From Tubulanus polymorphus (lineage: Eukaryota > Animalia > Nemertea): DNA of 64,000 nucleotides. The stretch spans positions 25,940,560 to 26,004,559 of the forward strand of contig NC_134027.1 in NCBI RefSeq assembly GCF_964204645.1, written 5' to 3'. Each line of letters begins with the position of its first letter. Position 1 is the first letter of the stretch. The notes beneath the pieces were generated by a model. That model did no database searches. It was not told the origin of the DNA and was given only the letters and a program-made list of their open reading frames with translations. The position numbers and the translations under genes are program-made. Positions 37,761 through 51,329 of this stretch are shown piece after piece.

Positions 37761-38468
37761 TTTTTCTGGTTTACCAGTCAGGGACAATCCTTACGTAAGG
37801 ATTAAAAAGGACGAAACTAATATTCCACTTCTGCGGACGGTTAAATAAACGATGCCCTGCATTGAGTGGCGTCTGATGTGGAGCCGATCATCAACGGCAC
37901 AAAGACCACCACACGACGTGTAGTCACGCGATGTGAACATATCTGAGCAATTATAAACCATCGTTCGACTAGTCGTTTGCGAACGCTGATAATTACTGAC
38001 AAAGAACAAGTCGTCGGATGAGTTGACCTCGAACGTCGTCGTCAGTCAAACTACCAAACGATTCCAATCGATAGATTTAGCTAATAATAAACTCATGGTT
38101 TAGTATAGGATGAATCGATGATTGTAGTTTCAACTGCGCGACCGCGAAAACAAAGAATCTTTAACTTTTCGCTATCTTCGTCAGCTTCTCTCGAGAATAA
38201 ATATACCGACTTCGTTCCCCACCAGGGGGGCCCGGTGCGCGCCGTGCCGAGATAAATCTAGAGAATTTTCGAACAAAAAGTGAATACGCTTTTTACGGTT
38301 TGAAGAATCACTTATATATTATAACGGGTGATAACATCATCCTAAATATCAGCATCTATTAATCGTATGCTGTGCTGGAAAAGCCGCGTTTGCACAATCC
38401 CAAGTCAGTCCGCCGTAATTTTTCCGCACACCTGGAACGTATGAATTTAGAACGCACCAAATCCACGC

Positions 38469-38643
38469 TGTGCGTTCACATGTTTTTAAATAAATTGTTA
38501 TCACTGGTCCAGTGATCACCGATCAAAACGAGGTTTTCTATTCACATGCATAGATATGATCTGTTTGGTCCATTTCTATATTCTTTTTGGTCCATTTTAA
38601 AATGTTACGGATTGATGAAGAACAGAATTTTAGTGTGAACCCT
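38469..38643 (+). mobile_element. Family G MITE, degraded
   Basis: gcgttcaca / tgtgaaccc ends; tgttatcactggtccag and tttctattcac shared with 53885-53950. Confidence 0.6.
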
Positions 38644-39900
38644 TGGTCTGTTGTAAATCAGAATGTAAAAAATTCCAAATTTTCTAAATACAGTAGTCTT
38701 TACAAGCACTTTCAGTATAAGGGGTTTTAGTTAGAATTGAGAAATATTTCTAGATTGATCAGCCGCGATCATCTACAGGGGCAATTTCATTTTCCCCCCC
38801 CCCCCCGCAAATAATCGTCGTCTCGCGCAAATCCGTCCAGCGTTAACCGTAGGAATGCCGAGACTGTCGTTTAGCGTTCGGTATCTAAACAACCATCAAC
38901 AATTAACAGTTGTAATGCGCGAGCGCGCGTCTGCGGCCGGGATAATCTTCAGCCGCCCCCGTTAACCTCGACAACGCTAACGCCGATAATCACGACGATT
39001 TTGATGACTTGACGTTGCCCGTGATTTTTGAGCTGGTTAATTGTGATTCGTATTGCCATGGGAACCCGGCGAAAGAGATCACACACGAAAACTTGCATAT
39101 ATGATGTCGAATATCGTCATCGTCCTCGCATGCCGCAGCCGCTCGTGTCACGAAAAGATTAATAATGCCTTATCTTAAACAGCACCGGTATTACGAGGGG
39201 GTCATCAAACGTAAAAATGAATTAATGGTTTGACAGTCGACATGATCTAAAAGCGGGAGTGGATAGAGTAATGCGGCAGCTAGGAAACCGACTCGCGCGC
39301 GCTCTCCTCTTATTAATCGCCTCGCAATTATTATAAAACTCCTGGTCAAAGTCGGGATTATACCCATCACGGCGGGATAACATGTATCTGTATCGAGCTT
39401 CCGGGATTAGACAGTCCTTAATGGCTCCATTGATCTTAAAAATGACAAGTAGAACAACTCGGTCAATAACGCCGAGACTTCTTCTTCTCCTCGGCAATGA
39501 ATGCAACTCTCTCTCGCTATTATTATAGAAAATGGATGCCTAATTCCGCGTGTCAAAATATTTCGCCCCGCAAAAAGTTTTTTTTTCGTTTCGATCAAAC
39601 ATTCGTTTAACGCATGTTTTTTGAAGACGTCTGCGGTTTGTATGCCGTTTATATCTCGGATGACAAACAGGAATTTGTCGAAATAAAGAATGGAGCGAAT
39701 GTAGGAAAATTTGAAGGCCACCGACCTTAAAAGATGCAAGGAGGATGAGTATCAAATTTGCAGGTTTTAACTATGCCTGGCAGGGTACGAACCTCCGAGA
39801 TGACCCCCCCAAATCCCCCCTGAGGTGTATCAACACTATTCTCCAGGCTATTGGAATCTACGCCACTCAACTGCAGGAACATTGAAATTGCACATTAATA

Positions 39901-40050
39901 GCTGTATTCATACTAAGTTTTTCTCTAAGTTACGACTATCAATGAAATTGATGTTGATGACATAAAAGCTATAGATTCATACATAACTTAGTTTTCTGAC
40001 ACATGAAATCAAAAATCAGTCAATTCTCAATAATCTAGTATGAATGTGGC
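39901..40050. mobile_element. MITE with family G-like TIRs and a different interior
   Basis: gctgtattcatacta / tagtatgaatgtggc inverted ends, ta on both flanks. Confidence 0.5.
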
Positions 40051-40774
40051 TATATGGTATTTGAGTCGAAATGTTAAGCAAACTGTTAAAAAATTTTCAA
40101 ACAAAATCAGAAATGGCTAGTAGTCGATATCGTTGATGTAGTTGATGTTGCTTTTGTCTGTTTCATTTCTAAACCGTGCATTCGGTTCATTATTATAATA
40201 CATGAATTTCAATAGTGATGATGCCATTAACAACTATGACATAAACATCACTTTATTCACAATGTAAAACACTTCAATTCACTGCTTGACGAGATTCTGA
40301 TTTTTGTAAACACTGTTGTATGTAAGATCGTCAGCCGATTGTCAGTTTAATTCATCTAAAGGAAATTAACTCTGATCGAGTTCAGAGGGAAGATGCGTAA
40401 TGGGTCGGTCGGTCGGTCGGGCGGCTTTTGTTCTGGCAATTACGGGTTAGACACGACCGTCGTCGTTTAACTTAACGTAGATGGACGTGAAGTGGCAGAG
40501 TAAAACCATAATCCGCGCGATCTAACGGGAAATCTTCATTTAAATACGCATCGTTGAAACATCCAGAAATCTTTATTTCAAGCACTTGCGACGTCACTTA
40601 TTGCCAACATCGAGTGTAGTCTAACTCTCAGTGAACTGACATATATTTTAATGATGCATAACTAATCATATACCGACTAGCTTTACACATTCATCAGCGT
40701 TTCATTTGAGTGTGTCTACAAAAAACAAAATCCGACATGATGACTGTAGACTGTAGACAGAAGTCAGCGGTTCA

Positions 40775-41194
40775 CCCAGTAGTACAGTCATGGTTAAAGG
40801 TTAGGAACAGTCTTAGACCATCTTAGTTCGATAGCCAATCTCACAATCTAAGACCAGCCTAAGCTCATTTTGGTTGTATAGCCAATCTCACAATCTAAGA
40901 CCAGTCTAAGCTCATTTTGGTTGTATAGCCAATCTCACAATCTAAGACCAGTCTAAGCTCATTTTGGTTGTATAGCCAATCTCACAATCTAAGACCAGTC
41001 TAAGCTCATTTTGGTTGTATAGCCAATCTCACAATCTAAGACCAGTCTAAGCTCATTTTGGTTGTATAGCCAATCTAACAACTTAAGACCAGTCTAAGAC
41101 CATCTTAGTTCTATTGCCAATCTAACAACTTAAGAGAAAGGCAGTCCTGTGATTTTAGAGCACTTTTGGACTTAAGAGTTGTGCCACTTAGCTC
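40775..41194 (-). mobile_element. Family A MITE with 7 internal 47-bp units
   Basis: gccaatc recurs every 47 bp from 40834 to 41116; eroded ends cagtcatgg and cacttttggacttaag. Confidence 0.88.
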
Positions 41195-41532
41195 TGCAGC
41201 CTAAACCAGTCATTCATTCGTAAGCCTCTATTTTACTAAGCTCTAAAACTGTAAAATCTCTGAATTCTGGTTTTCCCCTTTTTCTTTTATTCAATGAGAA
41301 CAATTTTTAAACAGTCTATAACACAATAATATGATTCACTGAACTGGCGAACATGGATCGGGTAACAAACAAAACAGTTCAACTTTTTCAACTGCTTATT
41401 TATGATCAGTAGTCAATTCCTGGCAATGACTAATCAGAGAATGCTAGTGAATGGAGCCACACATGGCTGGTCACCACGGCTAAATGGTCACCACACTGGA
41501 CAGACAAACTTTTAAGTGACCTCGATCACCTT

Positions 41533-41605
41533 GACTCGATGGTCTAGTGGTGAGCGGGCTGGCTCTGCGAGCTAGAGGTCCTTGGTTCAATTCCCCATTG
41601 GGTGT
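41533..41605 (+). pseudogene. Degenerate tRNA-like sequence (tRNA pseudogene or SINE head; TGC/Ala-like loop)
   Basis: A box tggtctagtgg, B box ggttcaattcc, anticodon stem ctggc/gctag with loop tctgcga, 6/7 acceptor pairs; T stem has only 2 of 5 pairs and position 33 is C. Confidence 0.7.
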
Positions 41606-42306
41606 CCTCGATTTTCTAGCAATTTTTTACACTTATGATCAGTCGAAAAGAAAAGCCTGTTTTATTGTTTTAAAATCAACTGATTGCGAAAGTGATTCTC
41701 ATCAGGTGGAATCAATCATAGCAAACATAAATAAAAGCTACCTCATCGGTTTAATTAAAAATCATCTCCCGTAATCTCGGAATTGTTATCTTTCAACGCG
41801 TGAAGCATAGATTATTACTAATACCAGTCATTAAATAAACTCAATGAACCTGAAAATATGATCTGCATAACAAAAACTATATGTGTGTGGCCCGCTAACA
41901 CATCTGCTGTATCTTCAGTAGATGTTGTTTCTATCGAGAGATGGAAGGAATGCATCTCCGGTGCTACATTAACCAAGTTTACTTCATCAACTATTTAAAT
42001 TCGTTCAAATTAATAAAAATAACTTTTTTATCGCGCGCGGCGTAGCTGAGCAGACGCCGACGACGCCTCTGCTGCGTAAGAAAAGTTCAATGAGTTTATA
42101 GACACATTGGCTGCGTGTGAGAGAATGTCTGAAACAAATATCTACATTACTTTCTTCTCTACTTCAAACTGGGTCTAATGTATTTGTAATGAATGCATCA
42201 TTATAAATAGCGTATCAGTGTTCTTCGAGTACTGACATTTTAGAGGAACTGCATCGGAATCATCCGAGCATTTTTAAATTCATTATTCAAATGAATACAG
42301 CTACCA

Positions 42307-42658
42307 CAGGGGGCCACTTTTATTTGACATACTTTTCCCTGACTATTCCTCCTCAAATTGTTTTCCCTGACTTGATCTGCTAAGAATTCAATGAATTTAC
42401 ACAGTCAAATATGTAAGATATAGACAGAAACTGTTTGATTTTAAGGGCCAGTTCCACAGTTGCGAGTTAGAGTTAACTCTGAGTTAAAGTTAGTTCATTT
42501 TCAATGTTTTAACCCAGAGTCATATCTTAACTTAGAACTGTGGAACTGGACCCAGACGTTTAGCTTTTTTACAAAATTCCCTCACTATTTCCTGACTACA
42601 TTAAAGAAAACAAATTTCCTGACTTTTCCCTGATTTCCAGGTTTAAGCGGCCATCCTG
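42307..42658 (+). mobile_element. Family C MITE interrupted by a family B MITE
   Basis: Ends cagggggccac / gcggccatcctg; collinear with 27469-27771 apart from the insertion. Confidence 0.85.
42445..42552 (+). mobile_element. Family B MITE, best-preserved copy
   Basis: TIR gggccagttccacagtt / aactgtggaactggacc, followed by cag. Confidence 0.88.
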
Positions 42659-43069
42659 TTTAAGAAAGGGAAGTGGCTTTTGTTGGGGGGGGGGGGGGGT
42701 TACCTAAATGTTAAGCAATATCTATTAGGTGTATAGGCCTTCAGTAACATTTCTGTCTACAAGTACCGGTATATATAATAACTTAGATGAATAAAGATTA
42801 TAATCATTATCAATTCTATTATTATTCATTGGTGTAAAATTGTGGTCATTGAACGAAGCATTTTTTTCAGCTATATTTTGATATCAGATCAGAGGCTATC
42901 GAACACATAACTTCATGAAGCAGGCGTAGCCGCCACCCCCTAAAAACCCATCGTTACACAAAATCCCCCCCCCCCCCGACTGAATCAGAGGAATTTCTTG
43001 GTTTTAAAATGTTAGAATAATTTTCTATGAATCACATATTGATAAAGAAACAAGTGGTCGATAGCATTA

Positions 43070-43155
43070 TCCAAATTCCCTAAGTTTTCCAGGTTTTTGG
43101 TAAAATTTGACAAATTCCCTGATTTTTCCCGAGTATTCTAGGTTTACCAGGTCAG
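43070..43155 (+). mobile_element. Family C-like 3' fragment
   Basis: aaattccct..., aaattccctgatttttccc and ccaggt motifs. Confidence 0.45.
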
Positions 43156-43987
43156 CGAAAAAAATAAACTAACAAATTCTGAATCAAGAATCAATGCTGT
43201 AAGATATCCTTCGGTTATAGATATCGCTTCATTTTGAGCGCAGTTTGTTTTTACTTTGTTCTGCCCGATATTGTATTATTTTTCTATCGATTCGAAGCGA
43301 TATTTCATTCGTCCGTGAAATCTCGCTCGTATCCACGGGGTGGAAAAGTCATCCGTAGTCCGCGCGCGCGCGTTTGCGGCCATTAAAAAAAAAAAAAGAA
43401 GAAATTCCCGCGCTCGCTCGAGGATTCGACATTCGCGAGAATCTTATTTCCGACGACGACGCACGACGCGACGCGACGAGAGAGAAACGAACGATTCGAC
43501 GAAAATTAACGATTATCAACGAAACAAAATCGAAAAGAATAAAGCCGTAGTTTTTATGATAATTTCTGACGTTATTCATTCAGGTGTAAGAAGCAAATGT
43601 TGAAGAGAGCGCATAAGTATTCGCCGGGCGACGAACGCGCAGAAGAAGAAGATCAGAAGTTTCGTGCCCAGTGAGTTGTATTTAATTACGGCGTTAGGCC
43701 AGCCCGGCCGCCCCTTTCAAGTCGTTAATGATTTCGCCATTTATTGTCGAAGCCGACGGCATTTACTTATAATTTCGTCTGTGAAAAAATCGATGGATGA
43801 AATTCGGCGGAAACGTAGAACCATCGGGCATATTGCGTCCGCAGATTCCGCGGAACCCCGATCCGCGTAACGAGATCCGCGGCTAATATTGATGAACGCT
43901 AATTTTGCCCTTTCGTCGTTAACTTGATATTTTTCGTTTCTGTTTCGCGTGCGATCTTCAATATTTTTATCATCCCTTTGTAAAGTT

Positions 43988-44012
43988 TGAGAGGGAGAAG
44001 AGACAGCGAGAC

Positions 44013-44043
<31 letters not shown>

Positions 44044-44976
44044 AGAACAGGAGGCGGAGAGAGAGGGAGAGAGGGGGAGAGAGTAGTGAGAGGGAGAAGA
44101 GACAGAGACAGAGAGGGAGAGAACGGGAGGGAGACGGAGAGGGAGGGAGAGAGGGGGAGAGAGTAGTGAGGGAGAAAGAGAGACAGAGGGAGAGAGGGAG
44201 AGAACGGGAGGGAGACGGAGAGAGAGGGAGAGAGGGGGAGAGAGTAGTGAGGGAGAAAGAGAGACAGAGGGAGAGAGGGAGAGAACGGGAGGGAGACGGA
44301 GAGAGAGGGAGAGAGGGGGAGAGAGTAGTGAGAGGGAGACAGAGAGACAGAGGGAGAGAGGGTGAGAACGGGAGGAGATGGAGAGAGAGAGAGGGGGAGA
44401 GAGTAGTGAGGGAGAAAGACTGGAGACTGTAGAGACTGTGGAGAGAGAGGTGTAGAGACTTTGGAGAGAGATAGAGAGGGAGGTGGAGAGAGGAGAAGTG
44501 GAGAGAGAGGTGGAGAGGAGAGGTGGAGGGAGGCGGAGAGGAGAGGTGGAGAGGGAGGTGGAGAGAGGAGCGGTGGAGAGAGAGGTGGAGAGAGGAGAGG
44601 TGGAAGGAGGCGGAGAGGAGAGGTGGAGAGGGAGGGGAGAGAGGAGAGGTAGAGAGGCGGAGGGAGGTGGAGAGGAGAGGTGGAGAGGGAGGTGGAGAGG
44701 GAGGTGGAGAAAGGAACGGTGGAGAGGTGGAGAGGAGAGGTGGAGGGAGGTGGAGGAGCGGTGGAGAGGTGGAGAGAGGAACTGGAGGGAGGTAGAGAGG
44801 AGAGGTGGAGAGGAGAGGTGGAGAGGGAGGGGAGAGAGGAGAGGTAGAGAGGCGGAGGGAGGTGGAGAGGAGAGGTGGAGAGGAGAGGTGGAGAGGGAGG
44901 TGGAGAGGAGAGGTGGAGAGGGAGGTGGAGAGGGAGGTGGAGAAAGGAACGGTGGAGAGGTGGAGAGAGGTGGAGG
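43988..44976. repeat. Purine-rich (GA/GGAGA) low-complexity array
   Basis: About 1 kb almost all A/G, with approximately 81-bp higher-order repeats on the left and ggtggagagga units on the right. Confidence 0.97.
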
Positions 44977-45468
44977 TATTATGAGGTATACACCGGACTG
45001 AGGCGTTTGAATAATGAGATGCTTCGCTGTACATCATCAAAGTGGACGACGAGGAGGACGACGATGATGAAATCCGGACGGCGAAATTACAAGCAAAAAG
45101 AGCAAAGATTATATTGGATTTATGAATACATGATCAATACGTGAACCCGGCGCATCAGTTCTAATCTCGCTACTTTCATTGTTGAAATGACCGAATTTGC
45201 GGCGTTCTTTGATTAATGACGCAGCGACATTGCGACATTGCTTCTACTATTGCCGGACTCTCGGTAATAAATAATGAAAGGTTAGCTCTCGCGTAGAGAG
45301 ATATCAATACCGAACGTACATGATGAAAATATGAAAGTATTTTTTTCAGTCGGCTCGCTGTTGTAACATCGATTCGTATATTTCGAACGATATTAGAGAA
45401 ATCTGGAGTGAAATTTCAAAACATTTCAGATCCTCAAACAAATATAATCAGTTGTAATCAGGAAAATG

Positions 45469-45776
45469 AACTTGAAAGTTTATTGACGCCTTGAATAAAA
45501 ATATGTATCGATAATTGAATTGAATTGAACGGCAACCAGTCCAACCAGTCTAGCCCCAATATTGATGACACAGAGCACATGCGCTGAAAATTCATTATTA
45601 AGAAGATTAAAAGAATAGAAAATAATTCATGAAATATTTTCGATAGCAATTGTTATTTCAAAACACCAATATTGATGACATAGTGCACATTGATTCACAC
45701 TGAACCCCTTAAATAACGCATACTAGGTATCAATGTATATAAACATTATTCTAAAAAAATGTTCTTACGGCGTAAA
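45469..45776 (-). mobile_element. Family E (Helentron/HINE-like) near-complete copy
   Basis: Inverted ttgacgcc (45483) / ggcgtaaa (45769), external aactt-ga-aagtt palindrome (45469-45480), (aattg)n and the shared core. Confidence 0.78.
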
Positions 45777-46240
45777 AAATATCAGTTTATCAACTCTGAG
45801 AATCTAACAAACCAATTCTAAAAACGCAATCAGGGAAATCTTAAAACTGAAATTTCAAAAAATATTTAAGATAATTATTCATCAAAATATCGGTTTATCT
45901 ACCGTAAGAACCTAACAATGATCCTCCACACGCCGACAATTCAACGGTCCGACCATTTATTAATCAAAAATACCATCTTCATCGATCAGTGTTGTTTAAT
46001 ATTATGCTACGTTTTAGGTAATTTTTCAGCGTCTATCCGCGCATCGCGCTGATGACGGAGCTCCCTTCAGAGGTTTACGGATGTCCAGTCTCTGGAGACA
46101 GTCATCGATAGCCCCGGCGCACATTAAGGCGATATAGTGAATATTTTATAAAGCCATCAGTCGAATGTGTCGTATTTAACGATGTATCAGTTTTCATGTA
46201 TAAATCGAAGCTGAACGAGGATTGTCTTAGTTCACACACA

Positions 46241-46495
46241 ACACACACATGCATTGTGTTCACTGTGTATGACTTAAAGACTGTTTTTTTTTGTTTTCAT
46301 ACATTGATACTCAGTATCAGTTATGTAAGGGGTTCACACACATGCATTGTGTTCACTGTGTATGACTTAAAGACTGTTTTTTTTTGTTTTCATACATTGA
46401 TACTCAGTATCAGTTATGTAAGGGGTTCACACACATGCATTGTGTTTGCTGTATATGACTTAAAAACTGTTTTTTTTGTTTTTATGCATTGATAC
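46241..46495. repeat. 93-bp tandem repeat, about 2.7 units
   Basis: cacacacatgcattgtgttcactgtgtatgacttaaagactg...gttatgtaagggg repeated. Confidence 0.95.
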
Positions 46496-46507
46496 CTAGT
46501 ATTTTGA

Positions 46508-46580
46508 TCTTAAAATAGGGATTGTCCCTGTTGTTTATTTGGTTTGTAAATTTCGTTAGATTGAGTGTCCCTTACAGACG
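46508..46580 (-). mobile_element. Family F partial copy
   Basis: tcttaaaatagggattgtccctgttg...gtgtcccttaca. Confidence 0.75.
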
Positions 46581-46589
46581 TAAGAGGTT

Positions 46590-46797
46590 CTGTGTGAGTC
46601 GATGTGCACTTCAACATCAATATCGGCGTTTAAAAATAACAATTACAATTATGAATTTTTACATTTAATACGTTTAATGATTCTTACTTGCTATTTGATA
46701 AATTTTCATATATTTTTGATAACGAATTTTGGAGCAGATGGGGCCTACTGGGGCTAGCTTGGTTATACTGGTCTCTGCCTGTCAATTCAATTCAATT
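46590..46797 (+). mobile_element. Family E partial copy
   Basis: gatgtgcact..catcaatatcggcgtttaaaaataacaatt...tggggctag..tggtt...caattcaattcaatt is the reverse complement of 45513-45700. Confidence 0.7.
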
Positions 46798-47092
46798 TCT
46801 ATATAGAAATATTCTAATCGCCAACGTCTGGAATTCAGTATTCTGACTTTTAGAATCTAGTCGAATAACCTACCTGCTAAAGGAAACGTTTTCAGACTTG
46901 GTTTGTTTTTACGTTGTAATTGTGATATTCTCTTTTTTTAAGTCGAATCTATCCGAGATCTGGTATACGACAAATACATAACATAAGTCCTATACGTGTA
47001 TATACATAAAAAAAACTCTACGTCATTCTACAGATTTTCCTAATGTGCGAGTAATTTCAAGGCAAACTCCATCAATTTCAGACCGTTACAAG

Positions 47093-47197
47093 TATATATA
47101 TATATATATATATATATAGAATACGATTTCAACTTAATCTTGTATATTCGCGATAACCTCACACGAAACGAACACCACGACGAGCGACATTTATATA

Positions 47198-47251
<54 letters not shown>
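47093..47251. repeat. Two (TA)n microsatellites
   Basis: ta runs at about 47093-47118 and 47200-47251. Confidence 0.95.
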
Positions 47252-47257
<6 letters not shown>

Positions 47258-47616
47258 ACCAACACAGAGAGGACTCATTAATGGCATAATTTCTCCGGGC
47301 TTTGAATAATTCAACAGACAAAGCATTAAGGAAGAATATTAGCTATAATGACACTCAGTGACAATCCGATCCCCTTTTGCTCACCATCATATACAATGGA
47401 ATTAGAACATTAACTGCAGCAGGAAGCACTCATTTTACTAATGCGTCCTCCTCAAATCAAAGTTTTTTTTTTTCTAATTATGCTAATGCACCGAGGAATG
47501 AAATGACAACCAACAGAAATCAGAAGATCGTCCGTCGCGGGCTGTCGTATGTCGCTGTATTATATTTTCATTGAAGCGAAACGAGCAGCCGTTCTCTGAA
47601 TGTATTCAATGAGCGA

Positions 47617-47655
47617 TCATAGATCATAGATCATAGATCATAGATCTTAGATCTT
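47617..47655. repeat. (ATCATAG)n heptamer repeat
   Basis: Four atcatag units followed by atcttag variants. Confidence 0.85.
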
Positions 47656-47925
47656 GATGAAACACTCTGTCCATTTAGTGATGATAATGATAATATCTAA
47701 GATCCTAAACTAATAATGAAAGAATAAATCGGAAATATTTCCTTGAGTTGATAGTTTATTCGACGTTTCGACTATATTCCAATAATATTCCTGTAAATGA
47801 CTATTTCCTATACTATTATCATAGATCATATCGAACATATAAATAATCTCGATTCTAAACGATATAATCAAATTTAATAAAATATCCCTCATTTGAGTAT
47901 TTTCGATATGTTTCGATATTGACTC
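47655..47925 (+). mobile_element. Degraded family I copy
   Basis: tgatgaaacact and aaatatttccttgagttgatagtttattcgacgtttcgactatattc match 51340-51500 and 51700-51760. Confidence 0.55.
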
Positions 47926-47965
47926 TATCCAAATGCCGGTCTCTAATTTATCGTGTCTAAAATAA

Positions 47966-48177
47966 GGCCAAACAAAAATGATACCTTGTTTCTCCGCAGC
48001 GGCCGGGTCATTTTTGTAAAATATGATAAAATTTATAAACAGTTCATTTCTATGTCTGTTATGGTGAAATTGATCACGATTTTAAAAAAAAGTAATGTAT
48101 AGGGTAGATAGGCGGCCGGCCGGGTCAACATTTAAGCTCAGCAGAACGGAGAAACAAGGTATCAATTTTTTTTAGCC
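47966..48177 (+). mobile_element. Family D PIF/Harbinger MITE, intact
   Basis: Same TIRs as 12299-12518; TAA TSD at 47963-47965 and 48178-48180. Confidence 0.93.
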
Positions 48178-50519
48178 TAAGAATGTCTGTATTTGCTTAC
48201 GAAGCAGTTCTCTCTGATGTAAAACAGGAATCTGTTAAACCGGGGATGTGGCAGGGAGTCGCCTTGCACCTCCCCGAACGAGCTCATCATTATATTGCCA
48301 TCTACTTGAAATTTCATACGAAAATGGAGTGAACTGCAGTGAAAAGAATCATTAATTATAGTTTAAGGCTACACTTTAGATGTCTATTAGACAAAGGTTA
48401 TTAATAACTCGCGTTTAATGAATGTAGTTTGGGGGAAACAATATCATGTAATAATGAACAGATACGAGGCCATGAATATTCATTTATACGTTTCACTTAC
48501 GCCCTACGCGCACGGGTTTCAGTCAAATACTGAATAACCTATTATCAAGTTTTACAAATACGAATTTAAAACATTCGGGATTTCAACACAAATTTCGCAA
48601 TTGAACTAAACTGAATATTTGAAACAAAAACCGTAAAAGTAGAAAAACCCCAATATTCAGACGTGGAAAGATTAAAACGTCATTAGACGAAAACCCACAT
48701 TAATAGTTTAAACGCGAAATTTATTTATCAAAAATCTGAATCAGGGGACATGACTTTTCGGACTCTCTCTAGAGACCCGTTGCTTTTAACCTTTAAATTT
48801 GTATCAGAAACTGTAAATTATCTTCACGAGGCCTTACACGTTGGAAACTGAACCGCGGGCGCCGGTGACATATGGACCTGGGACAATGTATCATCAACAT
48901 ACTCAGCCTCAGGTGATAAACAAGAGCACTAGATGCTGGGGCCCCGTGGTTAATTGAGTTAACTTTCAATTGCGAAGATGATGAATAATAAGAAAGTCAG
49001 CTCAGAATGAATGAACGAAGATATCTACAGAATTTCCTCACAATTTCATCAGTGATTTACTATAAATACGCAGATTTAAATGTGATAATTCAACACAATA
49101 TGAGACAAATAGTATTTTGTAGGTTCACTAGATTCATTGAAAGTACGAGCTTTTGTTACTAGTGCCTGGTAGCTTCACCTCACAAAGCTACTGTGTAGCT
49201 TGTAATTTCAACGATGAATTTAGTTAACCTCCAACACCCATTTGACTCACAACTGCGGAACTGAGTCCAGGTTATTATTTTCCTTCTCTTATATTGAGTT
49301 GAATTATTACTTTTTACAGTAAATCACAGATGAAATTCTTAGAAGAAGCAATTTTTCACATACATTCAAAGCCCATTAACGCTGCTGCCTTTTTATTACC
49401 ACTTCTCACTTACTGCTAACATATTTCACAGAACAAATTTGTCAAATCTAACTTAAATTCAATGGAAATACAATTCTTTATAGAAATGCTAAGTTCGTTA
49501 TAAAGCCACGTTTGGGATAGATCCCAACAATTGCATCATAAAGGACACTAACTATAGGTGGATTTTCATGGTTTATGTGGACATATGTTGTATCTGATGA
49601 GATGTATCTCTCAGACTGTGTTACATAACGTATCTACTGTTAATTGGACATCCAGACAGCGTTAATCATCTGATTAATTAATTAATTAATCAAATTGTTT
49701 CTAGTCTGCTGAAACTGAAGTAAGGACATCTCTTTAGGTAACATCATCCCCGAGACATCTTAATTCCCCATTACGTAACTAACGTCCATTCGAGACACTC
49801 TAATTACACCATTACGTAACCCTGGTTACTCTCGCATCTTCTGGGAAATTCTCGGACAATGAAATTAATTATCATCCAGAGGTCATTTACGTTAATTGTT
49901 GTGACTTCTGGACGTCGCCGGGGCGCTCGAAGGTACCGAAATTCGGTTCGAAAATTTAATTGATATTTCTCTAGCGAGCGGTTAGTAATTTCGTTAACTC
50001 GGCCAGTGTATTACGGAATATGGATTCATCGCAGTTTGATTCATTCATCATTCGTCCCAATTAACAACGACCAGGGTCACATAAAGACTCATACACTCAC
50101 GACTGGCGACGATGCCGGCGAAGTCACGGGAAGCTTTACGGAGGACTCAACTCGGCGCGATCATCAATCAACGAACATTATTGACGACTTCCAATCTGTC
50201 AAAATTCTGACGCTTTTCTCGATCGCGTTCGTAATGAAGAAATTCGGGAACAAAGCTCGCCGGTGACAGACGCAAGAAACGGCGGATTGACCCGGCGAGT
50301 GAAAACCGTTCATCAGCGATCAATTATCGGATCGACGCTTCTAAAACTATAACTCCGCATCGCGATTTGTCATATATCAATACGGCGGAATTAACTATAC
50401 GCGAACAGTTCGCTAGAAATCTCACGTTTCAACCGGTCTCAACAATAATACAAATCATAACATCGATGAAACACTCAGTTTTTCCACAATGAGAAAGAAA
50501 GAAAAAACAGTCTGCTGTG

Positions 50520-51316
50520 TTTCCTTGGGCGCTTGTGTAGTTCGTAATAGTCATCTTCAGGAATACTGTATTCCTTGGGCTAGTGTAGTTCGTTCTGTAT
50601 TTCGACTATATCATAATAGTCATCTTCAGGAATACTGTATTCCTTGGGCTAGTGTAGTTCGTTCTGTATTTCGACCATATCATAATAGTCATCTTCAGGA
50701 ATACTGTATTCCTTGGGCTAGTGTAGTTCGTTCTGTATTTCGACTATATCATAATAGTCATCTTCAGGAATACTGTATTCCTTGGGCTAGTGTAGTTCGT
50801 TCTGTATTTCGACTATATCATAATAGTCATCTCTAGGAATACTGTATTCCTTGGGCTAGTGTAGTTTGTTCTGTATTTCGACTATATCATAATAGTCATC
50901 TTCAGGAATACTGTATTCCTTGGGCTAGTGTAGTTCGTTCTGTATTTCGACTAAATCATAATAGTCATCTTCAGGAATACTGTATTCCTTGGGCTAGTGT
51001 AGTTTGTTCTGTATTTCGACTATATCATAATAGTCATCTCTAGGAATACTGTATTCCTTGGGCTAGTGTAGTTGTTCTGTATTTCAACTATATCATAATA
51101 GTTATCTTCAGGAATACTGTATTCCTTGGGCTAGTGTAGTTGTTCTGTATTTCAACTATATCATAATAGTCATCTTCAGGAATACTGTATTCCTTGGGCT
51201 AGTGTAGTTGTTCTGTATTTCAACTATATCATAATAGTCATCTTCAGGAATACTGTATTCCTTGGGCTAGTGTAGTTTGTTCTGTATTTCGACTATATCA
51301 TAATAGTCATCTTCAG
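50520..51316. repeat. 69-bp minisatellite, about 11.5 units
   Basis: Unit ttccttgggctagtgtagttcgttctgtatttcgactatatcataatagtcatcttcaggaatactgta; some units are 68 bp. Confidence 0.97.
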
Positions 51317-51329
51317 TAATGCAGAATCC

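Noticed and set aside
41533-41605. Functional tRNA-Ala(TGC) gene
   Set aside because: T stem largely unpaired, C at position 33 and mismatched first acceptor pair.
43970-45144. 356-aa Ser/Pro/Leu ORF and Glu/Arg/Gly ORFs
   Set aside because: Products of a purine-rich low-complexity tract.
50489-50836. 115-aa ORF with 23-aa repeats
   Set aside because: Reads through the 69-bp minisatellite; later units contain stops and 68-bp frameshifts.
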